The notes under the pieces are model-generated. The model did not search any database, was not told the origin of the DNA, and saw only the letters and a list, made by a program, of their open reading frames with translations. Source: Sphagnum compactum (lineage: Eukaryota). Taken from it: DNA of 64,000 nucleotides. The stretch is from NCBI GenBank assembly GCA_965153455.1, contig OZ234493.1:18156213-18220212 (forward strand). The letters are read 5' to 3'. Below, piece by piece: positions 53,095-64,000 of the stretch. Both the position numbers and the translations under genes were made by a program. Position 1 is the first letter of the stretch. The number at the start of each line of letters is the position of its first letter.

Positions 53095-56000
53095 TTTTTC
53101 CCCTTACGAAAATTCTTACCAATTTGAGGAAATGTCATTTACAACCAAAGAACCTTGAAAATTTTATTTTTGTGAATAAAATTTGACCAAATGATGCAAG
53201 GGTGGGTTGCAAAGCCCTTAACAATTTGGTACAATTGATAATTTTGAATTAGACTTAGAGCATGAATTGGATGAATTTGGAGACTGATTTGAGGAAGATG
53301 AATTGAAAGATGACTAATCTATTGTTCTTGGCCCTGTATATGTTTGAAATGTTATCACATATTTTTGTTTAGATATCAGAGTTTTATAACAATTGTTGAC
53401 ATTTTTGGCTTATAAACATTTGAATTTAAAAAATAAAATTTAATATTAAAATCTGAAAGTGAAGTTAAATGAGTCTGCTAGTGGGAAAATAAGTCCTCCC
53501 ATACAAAGAAGTGGTTTGGGTGTGATATATTCAGGCACTTGTTCCAGACTTTTTTCTATGTGGGTCAGCCAGTAGTAATCTGCAGGTTCCAATTTTGGTG
53601 CTGTCAGGTTCACTTCTCATCTCTATTGAGGACTGAAAACAGGCTTGAGACGTGAGTTGTTACCTTGTAGAAAACCCATCATATCTGGAACAGGTCCCTG
53701 ACACTCCCCCCACTTGGTAGAACCCCACTTTTACTCCACAGAATTTTTCAGTGTCAAGTGTCCCCAAATTTGTCCCGTGTGAGATACCATATCCGCAACT
53801 GATGTTTGGCACTTGTATGGCAAATATTTATTTATTCTAAACTATCCACATGAATAATGTTGGATTTGATTTTTCAGAATCTCAACAATTGAGGAATAAA
53901 TATGCAAAATACACGTTGTGTTGCGGACTTGTATTCGTAACCCAATCATAGTAACCCAACGGGAGTTTGATTCTCTTGGAAACTTCAACAAATATCAATA
54001 ACTTTTTTCCCTTTTTTCATCTAGACTTTTGGTGAATTGCATTTTGTGCTAACATCAATTGTCGGTAAGGTATGAAAGGAGGAAGATGATATTTTGCCCA
54101 TTGCCACCACTCTTAGCATTTTAGTGTCTCACTCCTCTTTTTGCACATCCATCCCTCTCAAGACTTCCAAGGCTCCATTTGGTGGCAGCAGCCTTGGGGC
54201 CAATACAAGGCCATAAAGTTCAGCATTTATTAGTAGCTTGGAGCAGATTGAATTTACTTTTTTCTATTTCAGCCTGGATTCCTAGTGTAAAGTGCTTCAG
54301 GCCAATTTCAAACCAATAGGAATGCTTGATTTGGGTTGAACATCGGTCCTGACCTTCTAGTGTAAAGTGGGCCTAAGTAACTGTGGCTGGGCTTGGATTC
54401 TGGCAGCCTCTGGCAAATCAGAAAGTACACAACATTCTTGTTTGCAGCTCAAGAAACGCCAATTCAGCTTGTTGGCCTTGGAAATCATCTCAGGTGTGAT
54501 AATCCGTGCTCAGTTACCTTTCATGTATGAGTTTCAGGTACTTCTATATTCAAAGAGCAGGATTTGAACTCAGTTACATAGTGCAGTGGGATTACTAAAA
54601 TTCTTACCAATTTGAGAAAATGTCGCTTACAATCAAAGAACCTTGAAAAATATTTTTTTGTGAATAAGAGTTGGTCGAATGATGCAAAGGTGAGTTGCAA
54701 GGCCCCTAATAATTTGTTACAATTGTATATTTTGAATTAGACTTAGAGCATGAATCAGATGAATTTTGAGACTCATTTGAGCAAGATGAATTGAAAAAAG
54801 ATTAATCTATCGTTCTTGGCCTTGTATATGTTTGAAATGTTATCACTTATTTTTCTTTAGATATTAGAGTTTTGTGACAATTTTTGGCGTATAACAATTT
54901 GAAAATATATTTAAAGATTTTAATATTAAAATCTGGAAGGGAAGTTAAAGGACCGGCTTAATAATATAATCGACTAATCTTAAGAATCAATTGTGAAAGA
55001 ACCAGTTGAGCATCAGGGGAAAATAAAAATAAAGGACCAAAACAAGGAATGAATTTTTCTTCAAAAAATGTGAGAACTATCTTGGTTCTTGAATTAAAAG
55101 ATTTTAAGAACCAAAAAAAGGGGTTAAAATGTGAATAGAACCCCACTTTTACTTCCACAGAATTTTTCAGTGTCAAGTAGTGTCCCCAAATTTGTACCAT
55201 GTGAGATACCATATCTGCAACTGATGTTTGGCTCTTGTATGGCGAATATTTATTTATTTTAAAATATCAACATGAATAAATGTTGGATTTGATTTTTCAG
55301 AATCTCAACAATTGAGGAATAAGCATGCAAAATACACGTTGTGTTGCGGACTTGTATTCGTAACCCAATAATAGTAACCCAATGGGAGTTTGATTCTCTT
55401 GGACAATTTCAACAAATATCAATAACTTTTTTCCCTTTTCTCATCTAGACTTTTGGTGAATTGTATTTTGTGATAACATCAGTTGTCAGTAAGGTATCAA
55501 AGGAGGAAGATGATATTTTGCCCATTGCCACCACTCTCAGCATTTCAGTGTCTCACACCTCTTTTTGCACATCCATCCCTCTCAAGACTTCTAAGGCTCC
55601 ATTTGGTAGCAGCAGCCTTGGGGCAAAATACAAGGCCATAAAGTTCAGCATTTATTAGTAGCTTGGGGCAGATTGAATTTTATTTTTTTCTATTTCAACC
55701 TGGACTCCTAGTGTAAAGTCCTTCAGGCCAATTTCAACTTTTGAACCAATAGGAATGCTTGATTTGGGTTGAACATCGGCCATGACCTCCAAGTGTGACT
55801 TGGGCCTAAGTATCTGTGGCTGGTCTTGGATTCTGGCAGCCTCAGGCAAATCAGAAAGTACACAACATTCTTGTTTGCAGCTCAAGAAAACCCAATTCAG
55901 CCAACAGCCTTGGAAATCATCTCAGGTGTGATAATCCGATCTCAGTTACCTTTCATGTACTAGCATATGAGTTTCAGGTACGTATTTATTCAAAGAGCAG

Positions 56001-56245
56001 GATTTGAACTCAGTTACGTAGTGCAGAGGGATTGTAATTTTTTTTCAGATGATGGTTTTAAAGGACTTTTGCAGTTGATTGTTTTTAAAAAAATTGGGTT
56101 GAGCTTGTTGGAAATAAGGACTTGAGCAGTACATCCAACTTTAATGCCAATTGTTCTTGGTGATTTGCAGGCAATTTCGTTTGAGGCTGAATATCAACGG
56201 CTTCTTCAACTCAATTGAATAAGATAACATTGGATATCATTCCAG
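53095..56245 (+). repeat. Segmental duplication B, two tandem copies (~53095-54595 and ~54597-56245)
   Basis: Each begins with the hAT tail AAAATTCTTACCAATTTGAG and runs to GAGTTTCAGGTA..CAAAGAGCAGGATTTGAACTCAG. Confidence 0.88.
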
Positions 56246-57132
56246 CTAACTCAAATATACCCTCACCAGTGAGCACTGCACAGGAAACAGGCATGAATGG
56301 ACTCCCATCATCAGCGAATACAGATGCAAACAGGTACAAAAAGAGATCAACACTTTCAACAATGGAGAATGAACAGTTGGAAGCCATGGAGAGTGACCGA
56401 GTTTTGCAAATATTCAAGGGACTCTCCAGGGTATTTGAGGAGCCACTCAACCAGCTGAAAGAATGGCCATTCTTCTTTGAAAACAAAGAAGCAGCTGGTC
56501 AGGCAATACAAAAAGGATTTCTGACCCTCTGGAGCACTTTAATTATTGCAGTGAGTTCATCCTCAAAAATCAGAAGAGTTGCTGCAATTGCATGTCATGA
56601 TTCGTCTTTCTCAGAAAATATTGACTGGAAGAAAGGCGGAAGTGTAGAATTGTAAAGTGCCATTAAATCTGTTGACAAGCAAGTGAAACCCAATATTGCA
56701 CTCCAAAAATTCTGTTGTTTTGTGCAGGAGACGCTTCTAGCTGGACTTGCAATCCAACCATTTCTAAGCAATGCCTCAAATATGTCTGGTTGGCGATTAG
56801 AAGTAAATGGAGGACTGTGGACATTCACTCTGATGTTAGACCTCCTTGGGTTGTTAATCACTGCCCTTTTTCTAGGGTATTTGCTTGGCAACCCAAGCCA
56901 TCTTGCTTGGGTCTGGGTGTGCAAAATTGGGCCATTGATTGGCATCCCTGTAATTCTGATACCGTTCGACTTAGTATGGACCGGTATTGCCATAAGCTTC
57001 AGTTTAAGGGAGATTTATGGGCATCGAGTTGGAATAATTTGTGCAGTTCTTGCAGTTTTTACTGTTGCTGCTGGTGTGGCGATCACTGAATCCTTTGGAA
57101 AGGTCTTAAAAGAAATTCAGGCCTTACCATAG
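56197..57132 (+). CDS. Unannotated four-TM membrane protein, copy 2 (2 exons; 252 aa from ACG 56197 or 220 aa from ATG 56293)
   Basis: Exons 56197-56550 and 56728-57132 with a 177-nt GTGAGT..TTTTGTGCAG intron; open frame to TAG; four hydrophobic helices; 5'-UTR intron ends at 56170. Confidence 0.78.
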
Positions 57133-58311
57133 AAAGCCTGCCATTTGAATTGTTTACTTTCTCACCTATACAACCACATTGGAAGAATGAAGTATATTCA
57201 TCGGCATGCCTGAAATTATCAGTGTCCCCATGAGTGGGAAATGTCATTTAGAAGCTTGTCCAAACCTTGTCTGACTAGTGCCCGGTGTGTGGTTACCGAA
57301 TGCTAAGCGAGGCTGCATGCAACAAAAAGTGTCCTTGTACATAAAGTGATTTCACTGGAGTCTAAATGAATTCACGCTTGTAGCTACTGGGCATGCATAT
57401 ATTTTTTTTAAATCAATAAATGGCTGTGTTCGTCTATCAATTACTGGTAGGAAAATTAAAGGTCCTGGAGCACCTGCAGATGGTGAACTTTCTAGCATAA
57501 TCTAATGGAGAAAATGACTTGCCAATTTAGCAAAGAAAATGATTGAGGCAAGAGGGATAAATTAGGTGGTAGAAAAAACAGGATTGAGTGCAAATTTTGA
57601 AAAGGGGTGTCACTTACCCTTGTTTCAGAAGCTACAACTTGCAACTCTCAAATCTTAACTACCTTTGCAGTTAGTCAAATCTACCAAATGTAGGCAATCT
57701 AAGCCGCATTTCGTGTATTTGAAGATCAACTTATTCCCTCAAAAAATGTAACTACAATGAAACATTGGAAGATAATTGAATGTGAAAGACATGGACCCAA
57801 ATAAATAAAAATTAGGGTTGAAAGAAAATTCATTACACGATGAGAAAAACCTTTCCAAAGGTAGCATATATGGACAACTATACAAAAGTATTCTGAGTAT
57901 CGATCCTTTTGTTTGTGATCTTTACTTATACAGTCAATCCTATATTCAAGCTTCTTAGCCAATATGAAAGAATCAATGAAAAGCTTTGAAATAGAATTTG
58001 GAAATTTTCATACGTCACTTAACAACCTGAAGGAGAAGGACCAAGCACTGTGTTTTCAACCCCAATATACATTGCTAAATTTGGTGTGAAAGCATCTACA
58101 AATTAATTGCAAGAAAATCCATTTGACAAACATGGTTTTTTGGTGTTCGATCTATTTGAGCTATATGAGTGAGTACACATGCCAACTTGCAGATTTTCTT
58201 CTTAAAGCTCTTACTTTTGACAAGTTCACGAAGTTCAAAGTCATAGAAAACATGGCTATAATTTAGACACTATTGTTCCAACATTTGCTAGCATAAAGCT
58301 CCATGTGCAAC

Positions 58312-59226
58312 TGTACAACACGAACGGGTTTGGGACCGAAATTATGTATAATTACTACATAGCTATGAAGTCTATGTTCTTGGTTGCAAAATCATTCTAT
58401 CACCCTTCTATTGCCTATGCAAGCCTCACCTTTCTCCTACCATGATCTAAACACAAACAACACCAAAACCGTTCAAAACCAAAAGGCTTCCAAAACAAAA
58501 ATTTCAATTCTCACAACTTTGCATTCATACAATAACTTTGTACAAGTGATGGTGCCTTTCAAGGTCACAAACACCCCCTTATATACTAACCAAAAGCAAA
58601 TAAGTCAAAAAATTTCCTAAAGTTTATCCACCACAAGGTTCCACAAATAATCAAAAGGAAACAAAATCACATGGTTCCCCATGTGATTTCACAATTAATC
58701 AGAAGGAAACAATATCACAAGGTGCACATGTGATTCCATAATTAATCAAAGGAAACAAAATCACATGGTTCCCCATGTGATTTCACAATTAATCAGAAAG
58801 AAACAATATCACAAGGTGCACATGTGATTCCATAATTAATCACAAGGAAACAAAATCACATGGTTCCCCATGTGATTCCACAATTAATCAGAAGGAAACA
58901 ATATCACAAGGTGCACATGTGATTCCACAATTAATCACAAGGAAACAATATCACAAGGTGTACATGTGATTCCATAATTAATCACAAGGAAACAATATCA
59001 CATGGTTCCCCATATGATTCCACAATTAATCACAAGGGAACATAATCACATGGTTCCCCATGTGATTCCACAATTAATCAAAAGGAAACACAATCACATG
59101 GTGCACATGACTTGCACATTAATATGTGAAAGTCAATGCACCATGACTAAATTATGGAATCCCACCCCTAAACTTACCCCTTTAAACAATTACCTAAGTA
59201 ATTATCAAGTTACACATCAAGTTACA
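58312..59226. mobile_element. Solo LTR (915 bp)
   Basis: TGTA...TACA termini; CAAC target duplication (58308-58311 and 59227-59230); empty site in the paralogous segment at ~44395. Confidence 0.85.
58655..59110. repeat. 47/48-bp tandem repeat (~9.5 units) with internal palindromes, inside the solo LTR
   Basis: Unit A AAGGAAACAAAATCACATGGTTCCCCATGTGATTTCACAATTAATCAG; unit B AAGGAAACAATATCACAAGGTGCACATGTGATTCCATAATTAATCAC. Confidence 0.92.
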
Positions 59227-61365
59227 CAACTAGTTTGGATGTCTAACTACCATAATTGATGAGTTTTAGAAGAGACCCAACCAAAGGAAACACATATTGG
59301 AACTAAGAGGGACTCCACCTATGCTTTGTGTGTGACCCTAGAAATGAAAATTGGATGAAGAAAAGTGAAACATGCCGGTTTGGCTCAGCAAAATGGTTTT
59401 GGCTGAGCACTTTTGCACACTTTCCTGAGGTTGGTAAATGGATCAATAAACCGTAACAACTGCCAGAAAAGTGTGTAATAACTACGATTTGACTGCTAAT
59501 CATTACTTCTAAATAGCCAACCATAAGGATTGCTGTAGGTAGTTGCTATTAGTAGTCTCCCACATAATTACAGTCCCAGTTTTACTTTTGTGGGTGGTGG
59601 CATTGTAAAAAAGAAAAAAAATTGAACTTGGATTTGAAAAATATTTGTGCAGGGTCATATATTGAACATTACTGGAAATGTTGTAAGCTAGTGGATCAAT
59701 AGATTTGTTCCAAAAAGTTGACCTAAGATGGAATGGAAGGGAGACTGCATCACAAATAGAGGGAAAGCAAATTGATCATTCCTAGAACAAAGTGACCTAG
59801 CTTGTAGAGTTCTTACTAGAGAAGTGAGGCATTTCCAGTTACATCTTTGGTCTCAAGTTATATTTTCTATGATCTGTAGCTTTCTGCTCTGCAAATGTTT
59901 AGATGGGATGCCATGACAAGAGCTATGAACCTTCTTTAGTTGTGGCGTTGTGAAAACTAATTCAATTTTGTGTACTAGATCAAGTCTACTTACAATCTAC
60001 TAACATATGCTCTGAGTGAATTCTCCATAGCCCAACAGTGATGGAAAGTTCATCAATAGACTTTGGTCATGTGATTTATATGTTTAGTTCACATTGAGTT
60101 CAAGGCTCTTAAAGTGGAGCATTGAAGAGAAGTTAAAATTGTGCTGTGTGTTGATTTGGGTGTTCAAATTAAGTTTGGATTAGGTGAGCATCCAAAGTTT
60201 GTCAGGGTAATTGTTTCTTTGATTTACTTCTGAAGATTCATCCCTCAGGAAGAAATAAATGGGTGTACAAAATTAGAGGCAATAAGTTGAACTGGAGATG
60301 TGATTAGATGAATTAGAGGCATCTTTGATGTGATGCATTTTCTGAAGGGATTCAAGTTGCTGGGTGTAAAGAGAAATGGGTGCTATGGTTATACAAGTCC
60401 GTGTACTTGCTTATATGGACTAGACAAGTTTTGTTTTGAGTCCTCCCGCCTTGCAATCACCAATTATGTGTCTCAAAAAGTGCATATGTCCCATAAGGAG
60501 GGCCTTGTAAATGTGAGATTGCAAAGGAAATGACATAATCTCTCCGTTTGCCAAGTCTAGTGGCATTATTGTTTGAATGAACTCAAACATGTCAAACAAA
60601 AGGTGACGCATTATTGGCGCATGTGAAGGTTGAAAATTTAATAAGTACCATGAAGGCGAAAGGGAGGTCCAATCATGGTAGAGCTAGGTCCAATCTTCGT
60701 ATTGTTACAATAATGACAAAAATGTTGTTGAATCATGCATTGAAATTTATAAAAATTGCCATCAACAACAAGTATTGTTGGAGTTTAAATGTTCAATTGT
60801 TGCAATTACAATGTTTTCTAGGCCAAGCCTTAGTGTCTTGTTGTACAAATCAAAATAAGCTATTATTAAACACATGGTTAGATGACCTTGAGAAAACCTT
60901 GATTCATGCAAAATTAATGTTGAACAAATGCATTGGACAACACCAAAATATTACTGTATTTGGTAGAGGCATCAATTAGCCAAGGAACTTTTGAATGTGA
61001 TTATAGGGATACACGAATCCATTCATCAAGCTTCTCCTTTGGTTGGGTTGGATGTTGGCTTCCCAACATTGCAAGAATTTTGAACAATAAATGACATGTT
61101 GATGGAGGAGTCACAAAATGCTAGTGACATTATTTCAATGCTTTAATTTCATCAAATGAAATAACATATGCAATTCAAGTTGCCTTTCATGACATGTCAA
61201 GTAACAAAGTCACATTTTGTAAACAAGGTCTTGGGAAAAAGGTTGACCCACAAACTTTATTCATTTAAGTACCATATATGTTGATGTTATGCACACCTAA
61301 AAGATTGTGATGTAAACATTTACAAACAAAAAATATATTTTAGGACAAATAAGGGATGTGCAATG

Positions 61366-61369
<4 letters not shown>

Positions 61370-61414
<45 letters not shown>
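61370..61414. repeat. (TA)n microsatellite
   Basis: ~22 TA units; absent at the paralogous position ~46222. Confidence 0.9.
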
Positions 61415-61418
<4 letters not shown>

Positions 61419-63251
61419 GTAACCCTTGCACAACAACCACATCTATGAAAAATGGCCTTCAACACTTTTAAATTTCAACCATTGATGCTAATGGATTTCA
61501 CCATCCATTCTAGGTCATTATATGTTTTAAAGTTAGTGATATTTGCATTATAGGATCTTGGTTGGGGGAACCCTAGGGGTACATCATTGATCAATAGGAT
61601 TTAGGTTGTATGTTAAAATCAAATGCATTATCCACCATTAATTGTTTATGGTTAGTGACACATTTGCAACCATTGGATTAAAAAATTAGTAATCGTAATT
61701 GTTAAATCTAGGGTACAAGATATAGGCCTATCTCTAGGGTAAGGTTGGATTGGCTATAAAGTGATATATTCATTGGGTCGGGGATGAAAACATATTTTTT
61801 TCATTCAATGACTTTTCATCTAGTTTCAATTGCATCCATTCACTTTTATTTGTAATCATTGATTTTGATTGATTTGCCCCATTCAATTTAAAGTTTCTTT
61901 AAGTTGTAACATGGTTTGATTGTCATTGTTCATCTTAGAATGCAATGACAACATTGTGTCTGTCCATTTTTCATAAATTTTGTTTTTAGCATTCTCATTC
62001 CTTTTTGTTAGTTGCTTGTGGGAACATTGTTGAATCATCTACACAGAATGTGCCTTATAGAATGTGCCTTTTCATTCCTCTTTATTTGTTACTTGCAAAT
62101 CTATTGTTGGATCATGTACACAAAATGTGCATTGTGTTTACGAAAATTAGTAGTTGTTTTCTAGTACAAATCTCTACACTTGAAAAAGCAGTGTGCTAGA
62201 ACATTTGAATTAAAAGGATATTAATCAACCAAACTCCAAGAATTTTGAGCTTGAAGTAAGTTTAGGTTTGAAACTTTGAGTTGAAAACTTTGAGTTGATT
62301 CTATTTTGGTGAGTAGAAAACCATGAAGTAATTACAACAATGTAATGCCCATTATAATTTCTTTCAATATGTTTTGTGAAATGTTTTACATTGCATTGTT
62401 GTTGTAATTTTGCAAGTGTTTTGCTATACGTTTTATTCGACTATGCAGGTATAGGAGGACATTGACAACACAAGTTAATATATTTATGAAGATTTTGCTT
62501 GGAATGTTGAATTAAGAATACACTAACATGGTATTAATGGTGTTCACTAGTTGTTAAAATGTTCTTATGTTACATGTTGGTAGTGAGAATCTAGTTGCAA
62601 TGTTTCATTTAATGGTTTACAAGCAAGTCTCTAAGCATTGAAATTTGATTTAGAAATTTGTGAATCCATTTTGACATTTGTAGTGTTTCACATTGATGCA
62701 GGCTTTTTGTAATCTACAATTCAATTGCAGAACACAATGTAAGAGTTTATAATCAACAAACAAAGACATGCAACTTTCCTATAATCAATCAATTATACAT
62801 AAGAGGAAGTTTACTATGATCCTTGTCAAACAATTTCTTATTTTAAGGTTGTTTTCAATTTTGAATTTGAATATCTACTATTTTGTTTTGTTTTGTCTTA
62901 ATGTATCATGAATAAGTTTTGTAAAGTAAATTTTTAGTAGTTTTTGTACATCAGGTAGTGCCCTTGTCCTCAAGCGTTACCAACACAAAATACACCTTTT
63001 GTATTTGTACTAGGAACCCAATGGTTGGGATAATAAATGAATTTTCAAAAGTTTTGGCAAATATCAATAAATTTTCTTCTTTATTTGGCTATACCTTTTT
63101 TTGATTTGTTTGGTGCCCCAACATCAAGTAGTAGGATACCCTGAGCTGCATAGTTGAAGACTAGGTACACACATAGTGGCCTTTGATGCCCTTCCAAAAC
63201 ATTGAACCAAAAACGGCCACCTTACCATGAACGGCCAATCTGTGAGGTGGC

Positions 63252-63330
63252 AGCCACGTGGCTTGGCCTCTCGACCACTCTTGGCAGGCGAGAACCGGAT
63301 CGGATGTGGGTTTAGGGTTTAGGGTAAACC
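63252..63330 (+). promoter_or_regulatory. Palindromic G-box plus tandem telo-boxes upstream of the 63366 gene
   Basis: AGCCACGTGGCT (63252-63263); GGGTTTAGGGTTTAGGG (63308-63324). Confidence 0.6.
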
Positions 63331-63365
63331 CATCATCTCTTCTTACGCAGTGACATCACGCTGTG

Positions 63366-63656
63366 ATGGCCATGGCGATGGCGTTGCCTTTGCCCTCAGC
63401 TTCCTGTTTCCGGCATTGCAATTCTTTGGCTTTCATGCCTGGAGGCTCTACGTGTAGAAGTTTTTTCTTTGCGATTAACAGCGGTCGGAAGAATTGTGGG
63501 GAGTTTTTGGGGAATTCTAATCCACACTTGTTGCGGCTATGGCCACCCAGGAGAGGAGGAGCCAGGAGGAGGATGAGAGACGGCATGTCGTCGTCGAGAG
63601 CTTCGTCTATTGAAGGAGATGGCAAAGAAGGAGAGAAACGAGAGCTTCTGGCTTCT
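63366..63656 (+). CDS. Exon 1 of a probable plastid-targeted protein (continues beyond the window)
   Basis: MAMAMALPLPSASCFRHCNSLAF... S/R/A-rich and acid-poor like a transit peptide, then acidic SSIEGDGKEGEKRE; phase-0 donor GTAAGC at 63657. Confidence 0.7.
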
Positions 63657-64000
63657 GTAAGCGTTTTCTTTATCATTGTTGTTGTTCTTCTGTGGTGAGC
63701 ATCACGTCTGGCCATGGCTTTATAGCTCTTTGTCCTTGTTGCAAGTGGCTGTGGGTTGTTGCGATGTTGCGGGTGTCTTCATTTCCTTTTGTGAAGATGC
63801 GGAGAATCTCATTGCAGCAGGTCTTGGTATGACCAGTAGCTTTTCTTGGCCGCTCTCTGCATGTTACAAAACTCTAAACCAACTGGAAATTGAGGGAGAT
63901 TGGGGCCACTGCACAGCTCCCTCAAACTTTCCTTCAACACTGTTTTCCTTGAGCACTTGCAATGGTTAAACATGAACTATTACGGGTGTAGAATGCTTTT

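Noticed and set aside
58655-59110. CRISPR-like array of palindromic repeats
   Set aside because: The intervening sequences are near-identical rather than unique spacers, there are no cas genes, and it lies inside a eukaryotic solo LTR

Overview
AT-rich, repeat-dense land-plant nuclear DNA. It is most likely a bryophyte such as Sphagnum, inferred from gene style and MITE content and not verified. Clear genes: (1) an intronless 7-TM Cand1/At1g57680-like gene (6201-7484) with a uORF-rich leader; (2) a 14-exon nucleotide-sugar transporter of the plant CMP-sialic acid transporter-like/UTR6 family (11434-17158, 408 aa); (3) exon 1 of a probable plastid-targeted protein (from 63366). The 17-63 kb interval is a mosaic of nested segmental duplications, hAT, LINE and LTR relics and MITEs. 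It carries three copies of an unannotated small four-TM-helix gene (29371 stub, 41669-43167, 56197-57132). The two long copies differ at about 58 replacement codons but only about 4 silent-only codons, while their shared intron is about 94% identical. This suggests strong diversifying selection and is the most notable signal. Other oddities: a 25S rRNA fragment inserted into a splice donor, an in-frame microhomology-mediated intron loss, an ATG-to-ACG start change, a solo LTR containing a hairpin array, and a hidden spliced gene relic at about 33 kb. Difference counts are from by-eye alignment, and family assignments are from recall rather than database searches.
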